DNA from: Candidatus Giovannonibacteria bacterium | GTDB taxonomy: Bacteria; Patescibacteriota; Minisyncoccia; UBA11713; 2-01-FULL-45-33 | Length of the DNA stretch: 64,000 nucleotides | Assembly (NCBI GenBank): GCA_016176295.1 | Contig: JACOXN010000005.1 | Span: 2,156-66,155, forward strand | Direction of reading: 5' to 3' | In this document: positions 24,049 to 35,100 of the stretch, piece by piece | Position numbering within the stretch: position 1 is the stretch's first letter | How the letters are laid out: the number at the start of each line of letters is the position of its first letter | The notes under the pieces: model-generated | Seen by the model: the letters and a program-made list of their open reading frames with translations, nothing else | Databases searched by the model: none | Told to the model about the DNA's origin: nothing | Position numbers and translations under genes: made by a program

Positions 24049-25038
24049 GTGAAGAAAATTATCGCTCTGTTCCTGTTTTTCGGTTTTCTCTGTTTTGAGG
24101 CGGCAGCTTATCCGGCAACACCCGTGCCGAGCGCAAGAAAAATGCAACCGGCCAAAAAAACGGTTCCGGCAAAAAAAGTGGCGGTTAAAAAAAAGGCGCT
24201 GGCTAAGTCCAAACCTTCTGCTAAGGCCGTGAACCCGAAAGCGGAATTAAAGAAACTTCTCATATCCAAACTTTCCCGCAGTTTCTCCAAAAAAAACGTG
24301 GAAGAAATTTTCAGCGACAAAAGGATCTTTTTAGACAGAAGCATTTTTACCACTATAGATCCCATGTGCGAGCTGCCGGACGGTACCAAGCGTAAGTATC
24401 AGGGGTACTTTGATCCGGAATGTGGAACTTTCACTCGTAAATCTTTAGACCGCGGGAGGAGTTTTTTGAAGAATTATGCCGCAGATTTTGATGCGGTAGA
24501 AAATAAATATGGTGTAGACAGAGAAATAATCGCAGCCGTGCTCCGGGTGGAAACTAACTTCGGCGCTTACCTCGGCAGTCGTTCCGCGTTCAATACTCTC
24601 TATACGCTTTATGCGCTTCCGCCTGTTCCCAGTTGGCGAGATCTGGCGCTTGAACATCTGGAATATTTATTACGTTTGAAAGATTCCAATCAGTGGGCGG
24701 ACATTTTGGAAGTAAAGGGCTCGTCGCGCGGCGCGATAGGAATGCCTCAATTTATGCCGTTTTCCTACTGGCATTATGCGGTGGACGGGGACGGTGACGG
24801 TAAAAGGGATCTTTTTGTGCCTGTAGACTCCATTCACAGTGTAGGAAATTATCTTCTTGAGCACAGTTGGTCGGACGATTCGGCAGATCGCAAAAAAGCT
24901 CTTTTGAGTTACAACTTCGATTGCATGTACGTACAGGCGATAATGCTCTATGCCCGGGAAATCAAAAACTCTCCGGAAACTGTTTCCAATTACGACGTTT
25001 TGAAACAGGAAGCCGTAAAAAATTGTTCAAAACGTTGA
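24049..25038 (+). CDS. Lytic murein transglycosylase (MltB/SLT_2-like)
   Basis: GTG start, signal peptide and a Lys/Ala-rich linker. Catalytic region RVETNFG, GAIGMPQFMPFSY and DGDGDGKRD. Confidence 0.8.
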   Translation: MKKIIALFLFFGFLCFEAAAYPATPVPSARKMQPAKKTVPAKKVAVKKKALAKSKPSAKAVNPKAELKKLLISKLSRSFSKKNVEEIFSDKRIFLDRSIFTTIDPMCELPDGTKRKYQGYFDPECGTFTRKSLDRGRSFLKNYAADFDAVENKYGVDREIIAAVLRVETNFGAYLGSRSAFNTLYTLYALPPVPSWRDLALEHLEYLLRLKDSNQWADILEVKGSSRGAIGMPQFMPFSYWHYAVDGDGDGKRDLFVPVDSIHSVGNYLLEHSWSDDSADRKKALLSYNFDCMYVQAIMLYAREIKNSPETVSNYDVLKQEAVKNCSKR

Positions 25039-25056
25039 TGAAAAAAAGTATTCATG

Positions 25057-25087
25057 CCCGCCAAACCAATAGGCGGGATTTTTATTT
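25057..25087 (+). terminator. Rho-independent terminator
   Basis: CCCGCC-AAACCAATA-GGCGGG followed by ATTTTTATTT. Confidence 0.75.
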
Positions 25088-25109
25088 GTGATAAACTATA
25101 GTTAATAAA

Positions 25110-25763
25110 ATGATTAACAGAGAAAAACCAGGCGAACATCTTGGCACCGGCGCAGAGAAAGAGGTTTATACCGATCCCAATAACAGGGATCGGGTCGTGG
25201 CATATTTTAGAGAGCACGTGGATGAAACTCCAAATCAAATCAAAGCCAGATTTTACCTAACAAAGATCCTTCACCTTTTGATGCCTAAGAATATTCCTGA
25301 CATGCATTGGGCAGGGAGCGACCCGCATGCTTATCAGACGGATAAAATTGAAGTGGATGAAAATCATAAAATTATGCAGGAATATGTCGACCTTGCCCGT
25401 GAAGCTCACCATAAAAAATATAAAATTAATGAAGAATTATCTGACAAAATTTTTGAAATAGGAGATAAAGTATTCTCCGATAATGACGTAATCGCTTTTA
25501 AAGATCGGGTAAAGGAGATCGGTGTAAACAGTCTAGATCATGCTTCGATAAATTTCAGTAAGAACAGCGAAGGTAATGTCCAATATTTGGACAGTTTTTA
25601 TGCCTGGAAATTCAGGAACGACGGGTCTCCTAAACTGTTTTTTGATTTTGACATATTGGAAGCCGCAATTAAAGAATTGCCGGAAAAAGACCAAAAATCC
25701 GCATCAAATTTTCTGAGGCGCCTTAAGGAACTTTACGAGGAAGAAAAGAAACAAGTATTTTGA
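25110..25763 (+). CDS. Hypothetical protein
   Basis: 217-aa ORF. TATAGT (25097-25102) lies 7 nt before the ATG. No firm motif. Confidence 0.6.
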   Translation: MINREKPGEHLGTGAEKEVYTDPNNRDRVVAYFREHVDETPNQIKARFYLTKILHLLMPKNIPDMHWAGSDPHAYQTDKIEVDENHKIMQEYVDLAREAHHKKYKINEELSDKIFEIGDKVFSDNDVIAFKDRVKEIGVNSLDHASINFSKNSEGNVQYLDSFYAWKFRNDGSPKLFFDFDILEAAIKELPEKDQKSASNFLRRLKELYEEEKKQVF

Positions 25764-25835
25764 GCCGCCTCCGAGATTCGAACTCGGGACCCCAGCTTTA
25801 CGAAAGCTGTGCTCTACCAACTGAGCTAAGGCGGC
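25763..25835 (-). tRNA. tRNA-Thr (anticodon CGT)
   Basis: The reverse complement is GCCGCCTTAGCTCAGTTGGTAGAGCACAGCTTTCGTAAAGCTGGGGTCCCGAGTTCGAATCTCGGAGGCGGCT. All four stems are canonical. Confidence 0.93.
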
Positions 25836-26018
25836 GCTTATATTTTTGTAGCATAAATACAGCTTTCAGACAAAACTGCTTGAGATTTGCTATTTCGAAA
25901 AATTCAGCATTACAACAGATCATACAGAAGCATTTTATCGAAAATTTGTGATTTTCATCCAGACCTTTGGATAACCAGAGGTCTTTTTATTTTTTGCGTT
26001 TTTTGCTATCATTACAAA

Positions 26019-27096
26019 ATGGAACCCAGGGACAGGGCTGCCATATCCGAGTTAGTAGATAAGATCCGCCGTACGGCGGACCGTCTTTGACTTGCGCCAA
26101 AAGAAAGAAGATCTTTTGAAATTAGAATACCTGACCGAATCTCCGGATTTTTGGAATAATAATCTGGAAGCTCAGAAGATAACAAGCCGCATATCTTCGT
26201 TGAAATCGGAGATAAACTCCTGGGAGGAGCTGACGGCGGATGCCGGCAGTTTGTTGGATCTGTCGCAGGGCGACTTCAAGGAAAGCGCTGAACTTCTGGA
26301 GGAGGCGCGGCAGTTGGAAAATAAATTCGCGAAACTGGAGAAATTGGCCCTTTTTACCGGGAAATACGACCGCGGAAACGCCGTGCTGGCGCTTTACTCG
26401 GGAGCGGGAGGGGACGATGCGGAAGACTGGGCGAAAATATTATTTTCGATGTACGAGAAATTTGCGGCTTCCAAAGGCTGGAAATTCAGCGTCGTGCACA
26501 CGCACCCCAATGAGTTCGGCGGGCTGAAGAACGCTTCGGCTGTTATTGAAGGGGAGTTCGCATATGGTTATTTAAAAAAAGAATTCGGAGTGCACAGGCT
26601 GGTCCGCATTTCGCCTTATGACGCGAATAAAAGAAGACACACTTCCTTCGCACTGGTGGAGGTGCTGCCCGAAATAACCGATCCGGTGGACGCGGAATTA
26701 AACCCCGACGACCTGGAAATAACTTTCGCGCGTTCGGGAGGAGCGGGCGGTCAGAATGTGAACAAGCGTGAAACGGCGGTGAGGATACTTCACAAGCCCA
26801 CGGGTATTTCAGTCCATGCGTCCGCACAAAGGACCCAGCAGGCGAACCGGCAGGCCGCGCTTTCCATATTGAGAGCTAAGATTTACGAACTTGAGATAAA
26901 AAAGACCGCCGCAGAAAAAAAAGAAGCCCGGGGTGGAACTTTGCCCCAGGCGGAATGGGGGCATCAGATAAGGTCTTACGTTTTTCACCCTTATCACTTG
27001 GTAAAAGACCACAGAACTAATTACGAAACTGCGAATGTGGAAAAAGTACTAGACGGCGACCTGGATAAATTTATAGATGCGGAACTATCCATTTAA
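26019..27096 (+). CDS. prfB: Peptide chain release factor 2, requires programmed +1 frameshift (26019..26087 joined to 26089..27096)
   Basis: Frame 0 gives [23 protein letters not shown] and then CTT TGA C. Frame +1 continues [10 protein letters not shown]... and includes GGQ ([11 protein letters not shown]) and the tripeptide region [15 protein letters not shown]. Confidence 0.92.
26075..26091 (+). promoter_or_regulatory. prfB +1 frameshift site
   Basis: GGCGGA (SD-like), then CCGT, then CTT TGA C at 26085-26091. Confidence 0.85.
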
Positions 27097-27101
27097 TTTT
27101 T

Positions 27102-27782
27102 ATGATCTATTTCGACAACGTTTCAAAAGTATATTCTCCGACTTCCATCGCTTTGGAGGATGTTTCTTTTTCGATAGCGCCCAAAGAATTCGTTTCCATC
27201 GTGGGGCGCTCTGGAGCCGGGAAATCCACTTTGCTTAAACTTTTATTGGCGGAAGAGAGTCCTTCTTCCGGCTCCGTTTTTTTTGAGTCTCATAATATCC
27301 ATAAATTATCCCGGAAAGAGCTGCCGTTTCTTCGGAGAAAAATGGGCGTGGTTTTCCAGGATTACCGCTTGTTGCCGCACAGGACCGCTTACGAAAATGT
27401 GGCTTTCGCTTTGGAAGCCGCCGGAAAATCCGAGGATGATATCGCGCATGACGTCCAGCAGGTTCTGGAACTTGTGGGCTTGATGGACAAAGCCTGGCAT
27501 TTTCCGCACGAGCTTTCGGGAGGGGAAAAGCAAAGGGCGGCCATCGCCCGCGCTTTGGTGGTGGCTCCGGAAGTCGTTATTGCGGACGAGCCCACCGGCA
27601 ATCTGGATCCGATGAATACTTGGGAAATAGTGCGTCTTTTGGAAAAAATAAACGACTTGGGAACTACCGTTATCCTCGCGACCCATGACAAAGAAATAAT
27701 CAATTATCTCAAGCGCCGGGTTCTCACTATTGAAAAAGGAAAACTGGTCCGCGACGAAGCCGAGGGAAGGTACGTCCTGTAG
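27102..27782 (+). CDS. ftsE: Cell-division ABC ATPase FtsE
   Basis: Walker A GRSGAGKST, signature LSGGEKQR and Walker B VVIADEPTGNLD. Confidence 0.9.
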   Translation: MIYFDNVSKVYSPTSIALEDVSFSIAPKEFVSIVGRSGAGKSTLLKLLLAEESPSSGSVFFESHNIHKLSRKELPFLRRKMGVVFQDYRLLPHRTAYENVAFALEAAGKSEDDIAHDVQQVLELVGLMDKAWHFPHELSGGEKQRAAIARALVVAPEVVIADEPTGNLDPMNTWEIVRLLEKINDLGTTVILATHDKEIINYLKRRVLTIEKGKLVRDEAEGRYVL

Positions 27783-27853
27783 CGCTTGACTTTTTTTCTA
27801 AAAAAGTTATATTATTGCCAGATTAAATTGGCTTTTTTGTATGGAGGAAAGCG

Positions 27854-28627
27854 ATGTCAAAAATACCTGAAGCTTCGGAATTGAAGCGCGGACAAACCGT
27901 CATGATGGAGATAGCGTATTTCAAAGGGTCTCCTTCTCCTAAGCCTGATTTTATTGAAAAGGACCTGGAAGTTAAGAAGGATGCTCATATGGTGGACAAG
28001 GAATGGTGCAATCACCGCCATGCCTCGGCCAGATTTTATTTCATTTCCTGGATTAAAGCCTGGGACGGACAGAAAAAAATGTGGGCCGGCGAAGCCATCC
28101 GGGCTGATGTCGCAGCCTGGCATTTCGGGCGGAAAAAAACTGTCGATGGGCGAGTCATGCTCTATGTGAACTTGGTAAACCCGAGGCGAGCCTACAGTTG
28201 GGAACGCGAAGAAGATTGGGAAGAGAACATCAGAGACCCGAAAGCGCCGGTTTATCTGCTTATCTCTTTGAAATGCGGGGGCAGATTACTTCGGCAAAAG
28301 CGTTTTCCGCTGGTTCTTCAAAAGGGCGACTTCCGTTGCGGAGCTAAAGTGTATGATGGCGCACAAGTGCTCCGGTTAGCCGACGGCTCCATTTTGAACG
28401 TGCGTCGCTGCAGGGCATATACCGGCAATTACGCTCAAATGAAAAGGGCGGAACTGAAAGGGTTGGCGTCGGTGGAAAGCGTAATCAGAATGGTAAAAAA
28501 TTTGCCTGAAATTGCCGACATCAATTTCGACCGCTGTGAGCGCAGAAAGGCGCACGTGCGCGCCGCGAATCACAGGTCCAATAAACGTTTGCTGGACCAG
28601 TACAAAAAAGAGAGGGTTCAAAGTTGA
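27854..28627 (+). CDS. Orphan basic, Trp/Arg-rich hypothetical protein inserted between ftsE and ftsX
   Basis: 257-aa ORF with a GGAGGA SD, its own TTGACT-type promoter region and a weak hairpin plus T-run after the stop. No motif recognised. Confidence 0.65.
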   Translation: MSKIPEASELKRGQTVMMEIAYFKGSPSPKPDFIEKDLEVKKDAHMVDKEWCNHRHASARFYFISWIKAWDGQKKMWAGEAIRADVAAWHFGRKKTVDGRVMLYVNLVNPRRAYSWEREEDWEENIRDPKAPVYLLISLKCGGRLLRQKRFPLVLQKGDFRCGAKVYDGAQVLRLADGSILNVRRCRAYTGNYAQMKRAELKGLASVESVIRMVKNLPEIADINFDRCERRKAHVRAANHRSNKRLLDQYKKERVQS

Positions 28628-28677
28628 CCCTTTTTTATTTTGCCTAAAGGCAGTTTTTCTGCTAATATTTTTTATAA

Positions 28678-29610
28678 ATGGATAGAGTCACTTTTGGCAG
28701 GATAATAAAGGGCGGATTCGTTAATTTTTTCAGGAACGGCGTTGTCAGCCTGGCCACTGTTTTGGTCATTTCGCTTACTATGTTTATGTTGGGCAGCGTG
28801 CTGGTGGGCGGTATTTTTCTAAACGGGGTGATTTCAAATTTGGAAGAAAAGGTGGATATAACCGCTTATTTCAAACTGGATACGGATGAAAGGGACATTT
28901 TGGAGGTTAAATCGAACCTCGAAAAGCTTCCGGACGTAAAAGGGGTGGTATTTGTTTCGCGCGACGAAGCTCTCAATAAATTTTTAGAGCGCCACAAGGG
29001 CGACGAGTTATATATGAAGACCATAGAAATAGTGGGGGATAATCCGTTTCCCGCGAGTTTGGAGATACAGGCGGTGGACCCGTCGCGTTTTGAAGCGATA
29101 AGCGTATTTCTTGAGTCCGGACGTTTCCAAAACCTAATTGATGAAAAAAGCCCGGGTATTAAAAACATCTCATACCGCCTGAATCAATCGGTGATCGACC
29201 GGCTTTCGGTCATATTGCGCACCATAAAATTGGTCGGCTTCGGGATAAGCTTGATACTGGCTTTGATAGCGCTGATGGTGGCCTATAATACTGTGCGCCT
29301 GGCAATCTACAGTTCCAAAGACGAAATTTCCGTCATGCAGCTTGTCGGAGCTTCACGTTCTTTTATTCGCGGCCCGTTCCTGGTGGAAGGAGTGATACAC
29401 GGCGTAATTTCGGCATTATTTACAATAGTCGCTTTCTACCCGCTTCTTTTGTGGGCCGGAAAAAGGACAGCCGGGATTTTTGGCGGCATAGATATTTACG
29501 GGTACTACGTGTCTTACATTTGGCAGATATCCTTCATTTTGCTTCTGGTGGGAATCGCTATCGGAGTTCTCTCTTCCGCTCTTGCGATGAGAAGATATCT
29601 AAAAGTCTAA
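28678..29610 (+). CDS. ftsX: Cell-division permease-like protein FtsX
   Basis: FtsX topology: one TM segment, a periplasmic domain and three C-terminal TM segments. The conserved MQLVGASRSFIRGPF block is present. Confidence 0.88.
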   Translation: MDRVTFGRIIKGGFVNFFRNGVVSLATVLVISLTMFMLGSVLVGGIFLNGVISNLEEKVDITAYFKLDTDERDILEVKSNLEKLPDVKGVVFVSRDEALNKFLERHKGDELYMKTIEIVGDNPFPASLEIQAVDPSRFEAISVFLESGRFQNLIDEKSPGIKNISYRLNQSVIDRLSVILRTIKLVGFGISLILALIALMVAYNTVRLAIYSSKDEISVMQLVGASRSFIRGPFLVEGVIHGVISALFTIVAFYPLLLWAGKRTAGIFGGIDIYGYYVSYIWQISFILLLVGIAIGVLSSALAMRRYLKV

Positions 29611-30248
29611 ATATCGGCCGATTGTTTAAGCGTGTATGCGGCGGCCGCTATAATAGCGAGCCCGGCGATGCTTAAAGTTGCGACTATTTGCCAACTGTTG
29701 GAAACCAGGGCTCCGCTCGTATATATAATGAACATGGCGAATGGTAGTTCTGCTGGAACGGCTATCGCGAGAAATTTAAAAAAATTGTAGCGCAGCATCC
29801 CAAAAACATAACTTACCTCGGAAGGAGCGGCGAGCCGGAAAAGGAATAATAGCTTGTAATCCGCTTTTTTGGAAAGGAAATCTATCCATTTATTGAGCTT
29901 GCTTTCGGGAGCTATGTTGCTTAATATCGGATGCCCGAGATAATAGCCGATTGCGTAAGAAGCGCTATTCCCAAGAAGCCAACCCGAAAAAAGGAGAGCT
30001 AAAGAAATATCCATGCCCCAGAGCGCCACGGCAAATGGCACAAGCGGCGCGCTGGTGAAAGGTCCGAGCATGACTGATGCCGCGGCCAGCGCCACGAACA
30101 TAAAAGCCGCGAGCAGAGGATGGCTGGAAGCGTAAAAATTTACGATGTCCACAGCTCTCAAAAAATACTCCTGCAGAAAAAAAGACGCGCCGAGCAGTAC
30201 GCCGACAAAAGCTGCTAAAAAAATAAGATAGTGATGTTCTTTCCACAT
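29607..30248 (-). CDS. VTT-domain membrane protein (DedA/TVP38-like)
   Basis: Multi-TM protein. The start MWKEHHYLIF at 30248 avoids overlap with the upstream gene (the track ORF extends to 30380). Family assignment is tentative. Confidence 0.6.
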   Translation of the reverse strand: MWKEHHYLIFLAAFVGVLLGASFFLQEYFLRAVDIVNFYASSHPLLAAFMFVALAAASVMLGPFTSAPLVPFAVALWGMDISLALLFSGWLLGNSASYAIGYYLGHPILSNIAPESKLNKWIDFLSKKADYKLLFLFRLAAPSEVSYVFGMLRYNFFKFLAIAVPAELPFAMFIIYTSGALVSNSWQIVATLSIAGLAIIAAAAYTLKQSADI

Positions 30249-30249
30249 A

Positions 30250-30696
30250 TTAAAACCCCGCTGCGTAAAATAATGATAGAACGGCCCCGGCTCCAAAAAG
30301 GCATCCAGCCATTTTTCCGATGGAGGACCCAAGAATCGTTCTCGTGTCCAAAGTTGAGCGTTCAGCCCAATAACCTTCAAAGATGCCGGCGATACCGTCC
30401 GTGATAGCGTTTCCCACTACTCCTCCGATGACCGCTCCCGCCACCCCCGCAACTTCCCCGCCGAATATTGCGAATGCCGCCAAAAAGCCATTGTCTATAA
30501 TTCCAAAAATAATATCAGGAGTTATTGAATGCTTTTGAGAAGAAAAAACTCTAAAAGACACAACCGATAAAATTGCGAGAATTATCAAAACAGGGCCGAT
30601 ATATGCGTCTGAATGAATAAAGCGCGCTGCAATAAAAAAAATAATCAGGGACAAAATCAATACATGTGCTATAGAATAGAAACGTCTTAATCTCAT
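30250..30696 (-). CDS. Gly-rich small integral membrane protein
   Basis: 148 aa with TM segments and the GGEVAGVAGAVIGGVVGNAITDGIAGIFEGYW region. Confidence 0.6.
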   Translation of the reverse strand: MRLRRFYSIAHVLILSLIIFFIAARFIHSDAYIGPVLIILAILSVVSFRVFSSQKHSITPDIIFGIIDNGFLAAFAIFGGEVAGVAGAVIGGVVGNAITDGIAGIFEGYWAERSTLDTRTILGSSIGKMAGCLFGAGAVLSLFYAAGF

Positions 30697-30779
30697 GTTT
30701 TTATTTTAGCACGAGAAATAATTTCAGGCCGTCCGGGTTTACAGGAAGACAATTTTTCAGTAAAGTGAATCTGAAACAT

Positions 30780-30850
30780 TCCGGGATCGTCTAGTGGTAG
30801 GACGCCGCGCTCTGGACGCGGAAACTGGGGTTCGAATCCCTGTCCCGGAG
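30780..30850 (+). tRNA. tRNA-Gln (anticodon CTG)
   Basis: Acceptor TCCGGGA/TCCCGGA, anticodon stem CCGCG/CGCGG with loop CTCTGGA, T-loop TTCGAAT. The T-stem has two G-U pairs. Confidence 0.85.
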
Positions 30851-30963
30851 CATTGATTATTGGCGGATTCGAATCACTGTCTTGAGGTCGCGCCATCGCT
30901 AAATTGTATTACGGCTTCACCCCATGTTCACCACTTGACCGATATCATATTTTCAAGTAAACT

Positions 30964-31710
30964 ATGCCCATAAAGCGGAGCCACATGGATAAAGCATACA
31001 CAAACCTGAAAGACATCAAAGAAAGAGCGCTAAAAATTACTGAGGCTCTTTATCGTACAACGGAACTTTTTTTTGACGGCGAACCGCTCAAATGGTCTCT
31101 CAGGCAAAACGCCCTGGAAATTTTAAATATCATATCCGCTACCCGGGAAGGCGCTTCCCACGAACAAACTCAGCAATTGAGAAAACTGGAAGGTTTGATC
31201 AACGATCTCTTTATAAAGTTGGAGTTGGCATCTTCCGGCTCGTTCATTTCCGGAAAGAATTTTGAGGTTCTTCATCGTGAATATTTGGCGTTGCACGACC
31301 GGGTTTCTGCTCATAGAAATGATAACGGACAATTGTTGCTATCGGACTTTATAACGGACAAAGCTATATCAGACAGCATAAAAAAAGAACTTGAGGCAAA
31401 AATTGAAATCCCGGAAGAGAGAGAAAAAAATGTAGAGAAAAAAATTGAGGCAAAGATCGAGGCTAAGTATATAAAACCAGTTCACGAAAATGGTGTGCCG
31501 GCTGATTTTGGCCAGCGAAACGTGGAGCGGCGGGGTACTATTTTAACCGCATTGAAGGCCAATGGGCCTTCCAGTGTAGGGGATTTGTCTAAGCTATTCC
31601 AGGGCGCAATTTCTGAGAAAACTGTCCAAAGGGAGCTAAACTCCATGGTTACGGGAAATATACTTAAAATGAGCGGCGAGAAACGCTGGAGGAGGTATTT
31701 TGTGGGTTAG
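30964..31710 (+). CDS. Hypothetical protein with C-terminal winged-helix DNA-binding-like domain
   Basis: C-terminus ILTALKANGPSSVGDLSKLFQGAISEKTVQRELNSMVTGNILKMSGEKRWRRY. Helical N-terminal half. Confidence 0.6.
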   Translation: MPIKRSHMDKAYTNLKDIKERALKITEALYRTTELFFDGEPLKWSLRQNALEILNIISATREGASHEQTQQLRKLEGLINDLFIKLELASSGSFISGKNFEVLHREYLALHDRVSAHRNDNGQLLLSDFITDKAISDSIKKELEAKIEIPEEREKNVEKKIEAKIEAKYIKPVHENGVPADFGQRNVERRGTILTALKANGPSSVGDLSKLFQGAISEKTVQRELNSMVTGNILKMSGEKRWRRYFVG

Positions 31711-32181
31711 CTGCCAAGCTTGCCAGGGGAGGCCTTTGCATTTTTTTTAGCTTTATTTTAAGCTAAAGTGTTATCCACAATAGCTTGCTTTCAATAAGCC
31801 TGCCTATTGTATAATATTATAGTAAGCTGATGACTGGGTTGAAGTAGATTGTGAAAGGGGATTAAGCCATTTTTTTGGCTTAGTTGTTGGCTTATGGCAA
31901 CCGCACCTCGCGGGAATCAAGAAAAAAGGGGTGGTTGCCAGAAGCGAATAGCTTCTGAGCTGAACGAACTTTGAAAAAAAAATATTAATTGTTGGACGGT
32001 TGATTATTGTTGCTGAAAAAATTAATTAGCAAAAAACGGAGTTTGATGCCCGGTCGACTATGGTTAGGGCTCATGCTCCTAGACGGAAAAAATTATTAGA
32101 ACAGTTTTGTAAAGAGCCGGCGAAAAATAATTTTGTCGAAAATATTTATCGCCGGAATTAAATTAACAGAAAAAATTAATC

Positions 32182-35100
32182 ATGAATAAACGACACAAAA
32201 TGGGAAGAAAAGTAACTTCTATTGTGTTGAGTTTGACAACCGGTCTTTGGTTGGTAGGCGGATCGCTTATGCCTTTCGTGGCACAAGCGCAGACTACGGC
32301 TGATCTTCAGGCGCAGATCACCGCTTTGCTTGCCCAGATCGCTGCACTTCAAGCTCAATTATCCGGTGGCGGAACAGTTTCATCAGCAGCTTGCACTTTC
32401 ACTCGCAACCTCACGGTAGGCTCAACGGGTGATGATGTGATGTGCTTGCAGAAATATTTGAACTCTGCCGGACATCAAGTTGCCGCAAGCGGAGCCGGTT
32501 CACCCGGCAGTGAGTCAAAATATTTTGGCTCTTTGACCAAAGCGGCAGTTGCGAAATGGCAGGCGGCCAACGGTGTTGCGCCGGCAGTCGGATATTTCGG
32601 CGCTATTTCACAAGCAAAATACGGTTCATTAGTGGCATCAGTTCCCGGAACTCCGGGCGTACCAGGCACACCAGCTCCGGTACCGGCTCCAGCCGGCACT
32701 TTGGCGGTAGCGGCGGGCACACAGCCTTCAGCTAGCTTGTTCCCGGGAAACGGAACTGCGACAGCCTCAAATGTTCCTTTCACAGTTTTGAGATTCACCG
32801 CTCCGGCCGCTTCGGACGTGACGGTCAACTCATTGGTTGTTGAAAGAACAGGTTTGTCCAGTGATGCGGCTTTCTCCAGCGTTGTTCTCTTGGACGAAAT
32901 GGGAGCACAGGTTGGAAACAGCAAAACTTTGAACTCGACTCACCAGGCAACTCTTACCGAGCCATTCGTAGTAAAAGCGGGCACAACCCGCACGATGACT
33001 TTGGCAGGAAACGCCGCGGATGAATCCAACTACGCAGGACAGGTTGCGTTCCTCACTTTGGTGAGCGTGAACTCTTCCCTTCCGGTAACGGGTTCATTAC
33101 CGATAACTGGCGCGGGCCACACGGTCAACGCTTCAGTGACTATCGGTTCAGTAACCATGGGAAGAGGTCCTCTCGACCCGGGTGACGCGAGCCCTTCAAA
33201 GAAAGTAGGCGACACGGCATACATTTTCTCGTCAGTTAAAATCACTGCCGGTTCAGCCGAGAAAGTTTACTTGAAATCGATCAGATGGAACCAGACCGGT
33301 TCCGCTTCCGCTTCGGACTTGGCTAACATCAAGACCTACGTGGACGGAACGGCCTATGACGCCGTAGTAAGTTCAGACGGCAAATATTACACTTCAGTTT
33401 TCGGTGACAACGCCGGAAAGGGAATCCTTATCGACAAAGGTTACTCAAAAGAAGTGTACATAAAGGGTGATATTGCCGGAGGTTCCGGACGTACCATCGA
33501 CTTCGACCTTGCGAAAAGGAGAGACATTCAGGTCGTGGGTGAAACCTACGGATACGGAATTACTCCTCCGCAAACCGGACTCACCGACCCGACTGACGAC
33601 ACAGCGGCTTTCAGCTCGACAGAAGACCCCTGGTACGATGCCGATGAGGTATCAGTGACCGGTGGTTCGATAACAGTTGCGAACTCCAACACAGTTCCGG
33701 CTCAGAACATTTCATCCAACTTGGCTGACCAGCCGTTGGGTGCCATGTTGGTAACCGTAAAAGGTGAGCCTATCTCAGTAGGAAGAATTGGATTCAACGT
33801 ATCCATCTTAAACGGTACAGCGGATGGAACAACTGGAAATGCTGATGTTAACGACTTAACCAATGTTACTTTGGTTAACTCTTCGGGAGCAGTCGTAGCC
33901 GGACCGGTTGACGGTTCAGCTGCCGATAGCGCTAATACTACTAGTGCCGGGCATGGTTCCGTAGTGTTCAGCGATACTATTACTTTCCCGGTGGGAGAGA
34001 ATATTTACTACCTGAAATCGAAGTTTGGTACAGACATTCCAAACAACTACACAATCCAAGCTTCCACAACCCCGAGTGCTGACTGGGCAACCGTAACGGG
34101 TACCGTTACGGGAGTCACCAGGACTCCTTCACCGACATCCGCTATCACTCTTAACCTGATGACCTTAAAGACCGGCGCATTGACGGTGAGCGTATCCTCA
34201 AACCCGATCGCTCAGAACGTTGTAGCCGGAAACCAAGGATTTACGTTTGCCAACTACATCTTCGACACGACTGCTTCAGGAGAAGATGTGAGAATGACCA
34301 GCGTACCGTTGGTTAACGGAGTAGCGGTGGGTTCCGCGACAGATCTTACGAGTTGTGCCCTCTATGACGGTGCGTCCACTGTAACTTCTTCCAAAGACCC
34401 GTCTTCAGCAGCTTCCACAACTTTGTTTACATTCACTAGCGGTGGATACACCTTTGCAAAGGGAACTTCCAAGACGCTTGCTCTGAAATGTAACATCGCA
34501 AGCGGCGCTACCGGTAAATACCTCTGGGGTATCGATGCTGCCCAGAATGCCGACTTCACGGGCGCTACCGGCCTTACTAGCGGACAGACAATTACCGAAA
34601 CGTTCAATGACGCCAACGGTCAATTGATGACTGCCACGAGCGGTGGTTCACTGGCTGTAGTGATTGACGCCGGAAGCCCGACATACACCATAGTAGCTCC
34701 CGGTCAAACTGTTGAATTGGCGAGAATAAAATTCTCGGCAACCAATGAAGACATTGATCTGAAGCGCGTGGCGTTTGAATTGAACGGTGTTGCCTCAAAT
34801 ACACCTGATAACTTGGTTAATCGCCAGATCACCTTACACACGACTGATGGAACCCAGATTGGAACCGCGGTCTTCCCGACGGGAGACTACGCGACTTCCT
34901 CGCTCTTGTCTACTGGCGCATTTTCAGTGCCGAGAGACGGTTCCAAAGTGCTAGTCGTGAAAGGTGTTATCGGAGGAATCTCAGTATCCGGCCCAATTAC
35001 CCGTTCCGGAGAGTTCCTCAAGGTTGACTACGATGCCGATTCCGATGGTCTTACCGACGGAACATACGGATCCGGGCTTTCATCGGGAACCAACATTACT

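Noticed and set aside
25110-25763. Protein-kinase-like glycine loop (LGTGAEKEVY) in the 217-aa hypothetical protein
   Set aside because: It is a single short motif without the downstream VAIK, HRD or DFG equivalents, which is too weak to support a kinase call.
26600-26650. RF2 tripeptide region reads SPY instead of the textbook SPF
   Set aside because: Phe to Tyr is a conservative aromatic change. Without an alignment of many RF2 sequences I cannot say whether it is unusual, so it is not reported as a finding.
30693-30896. 67-aa ORF on the minus strand
   Set aside because: It overlaps tRNA-Gln (30780-30850) antisense and has no coding signal.
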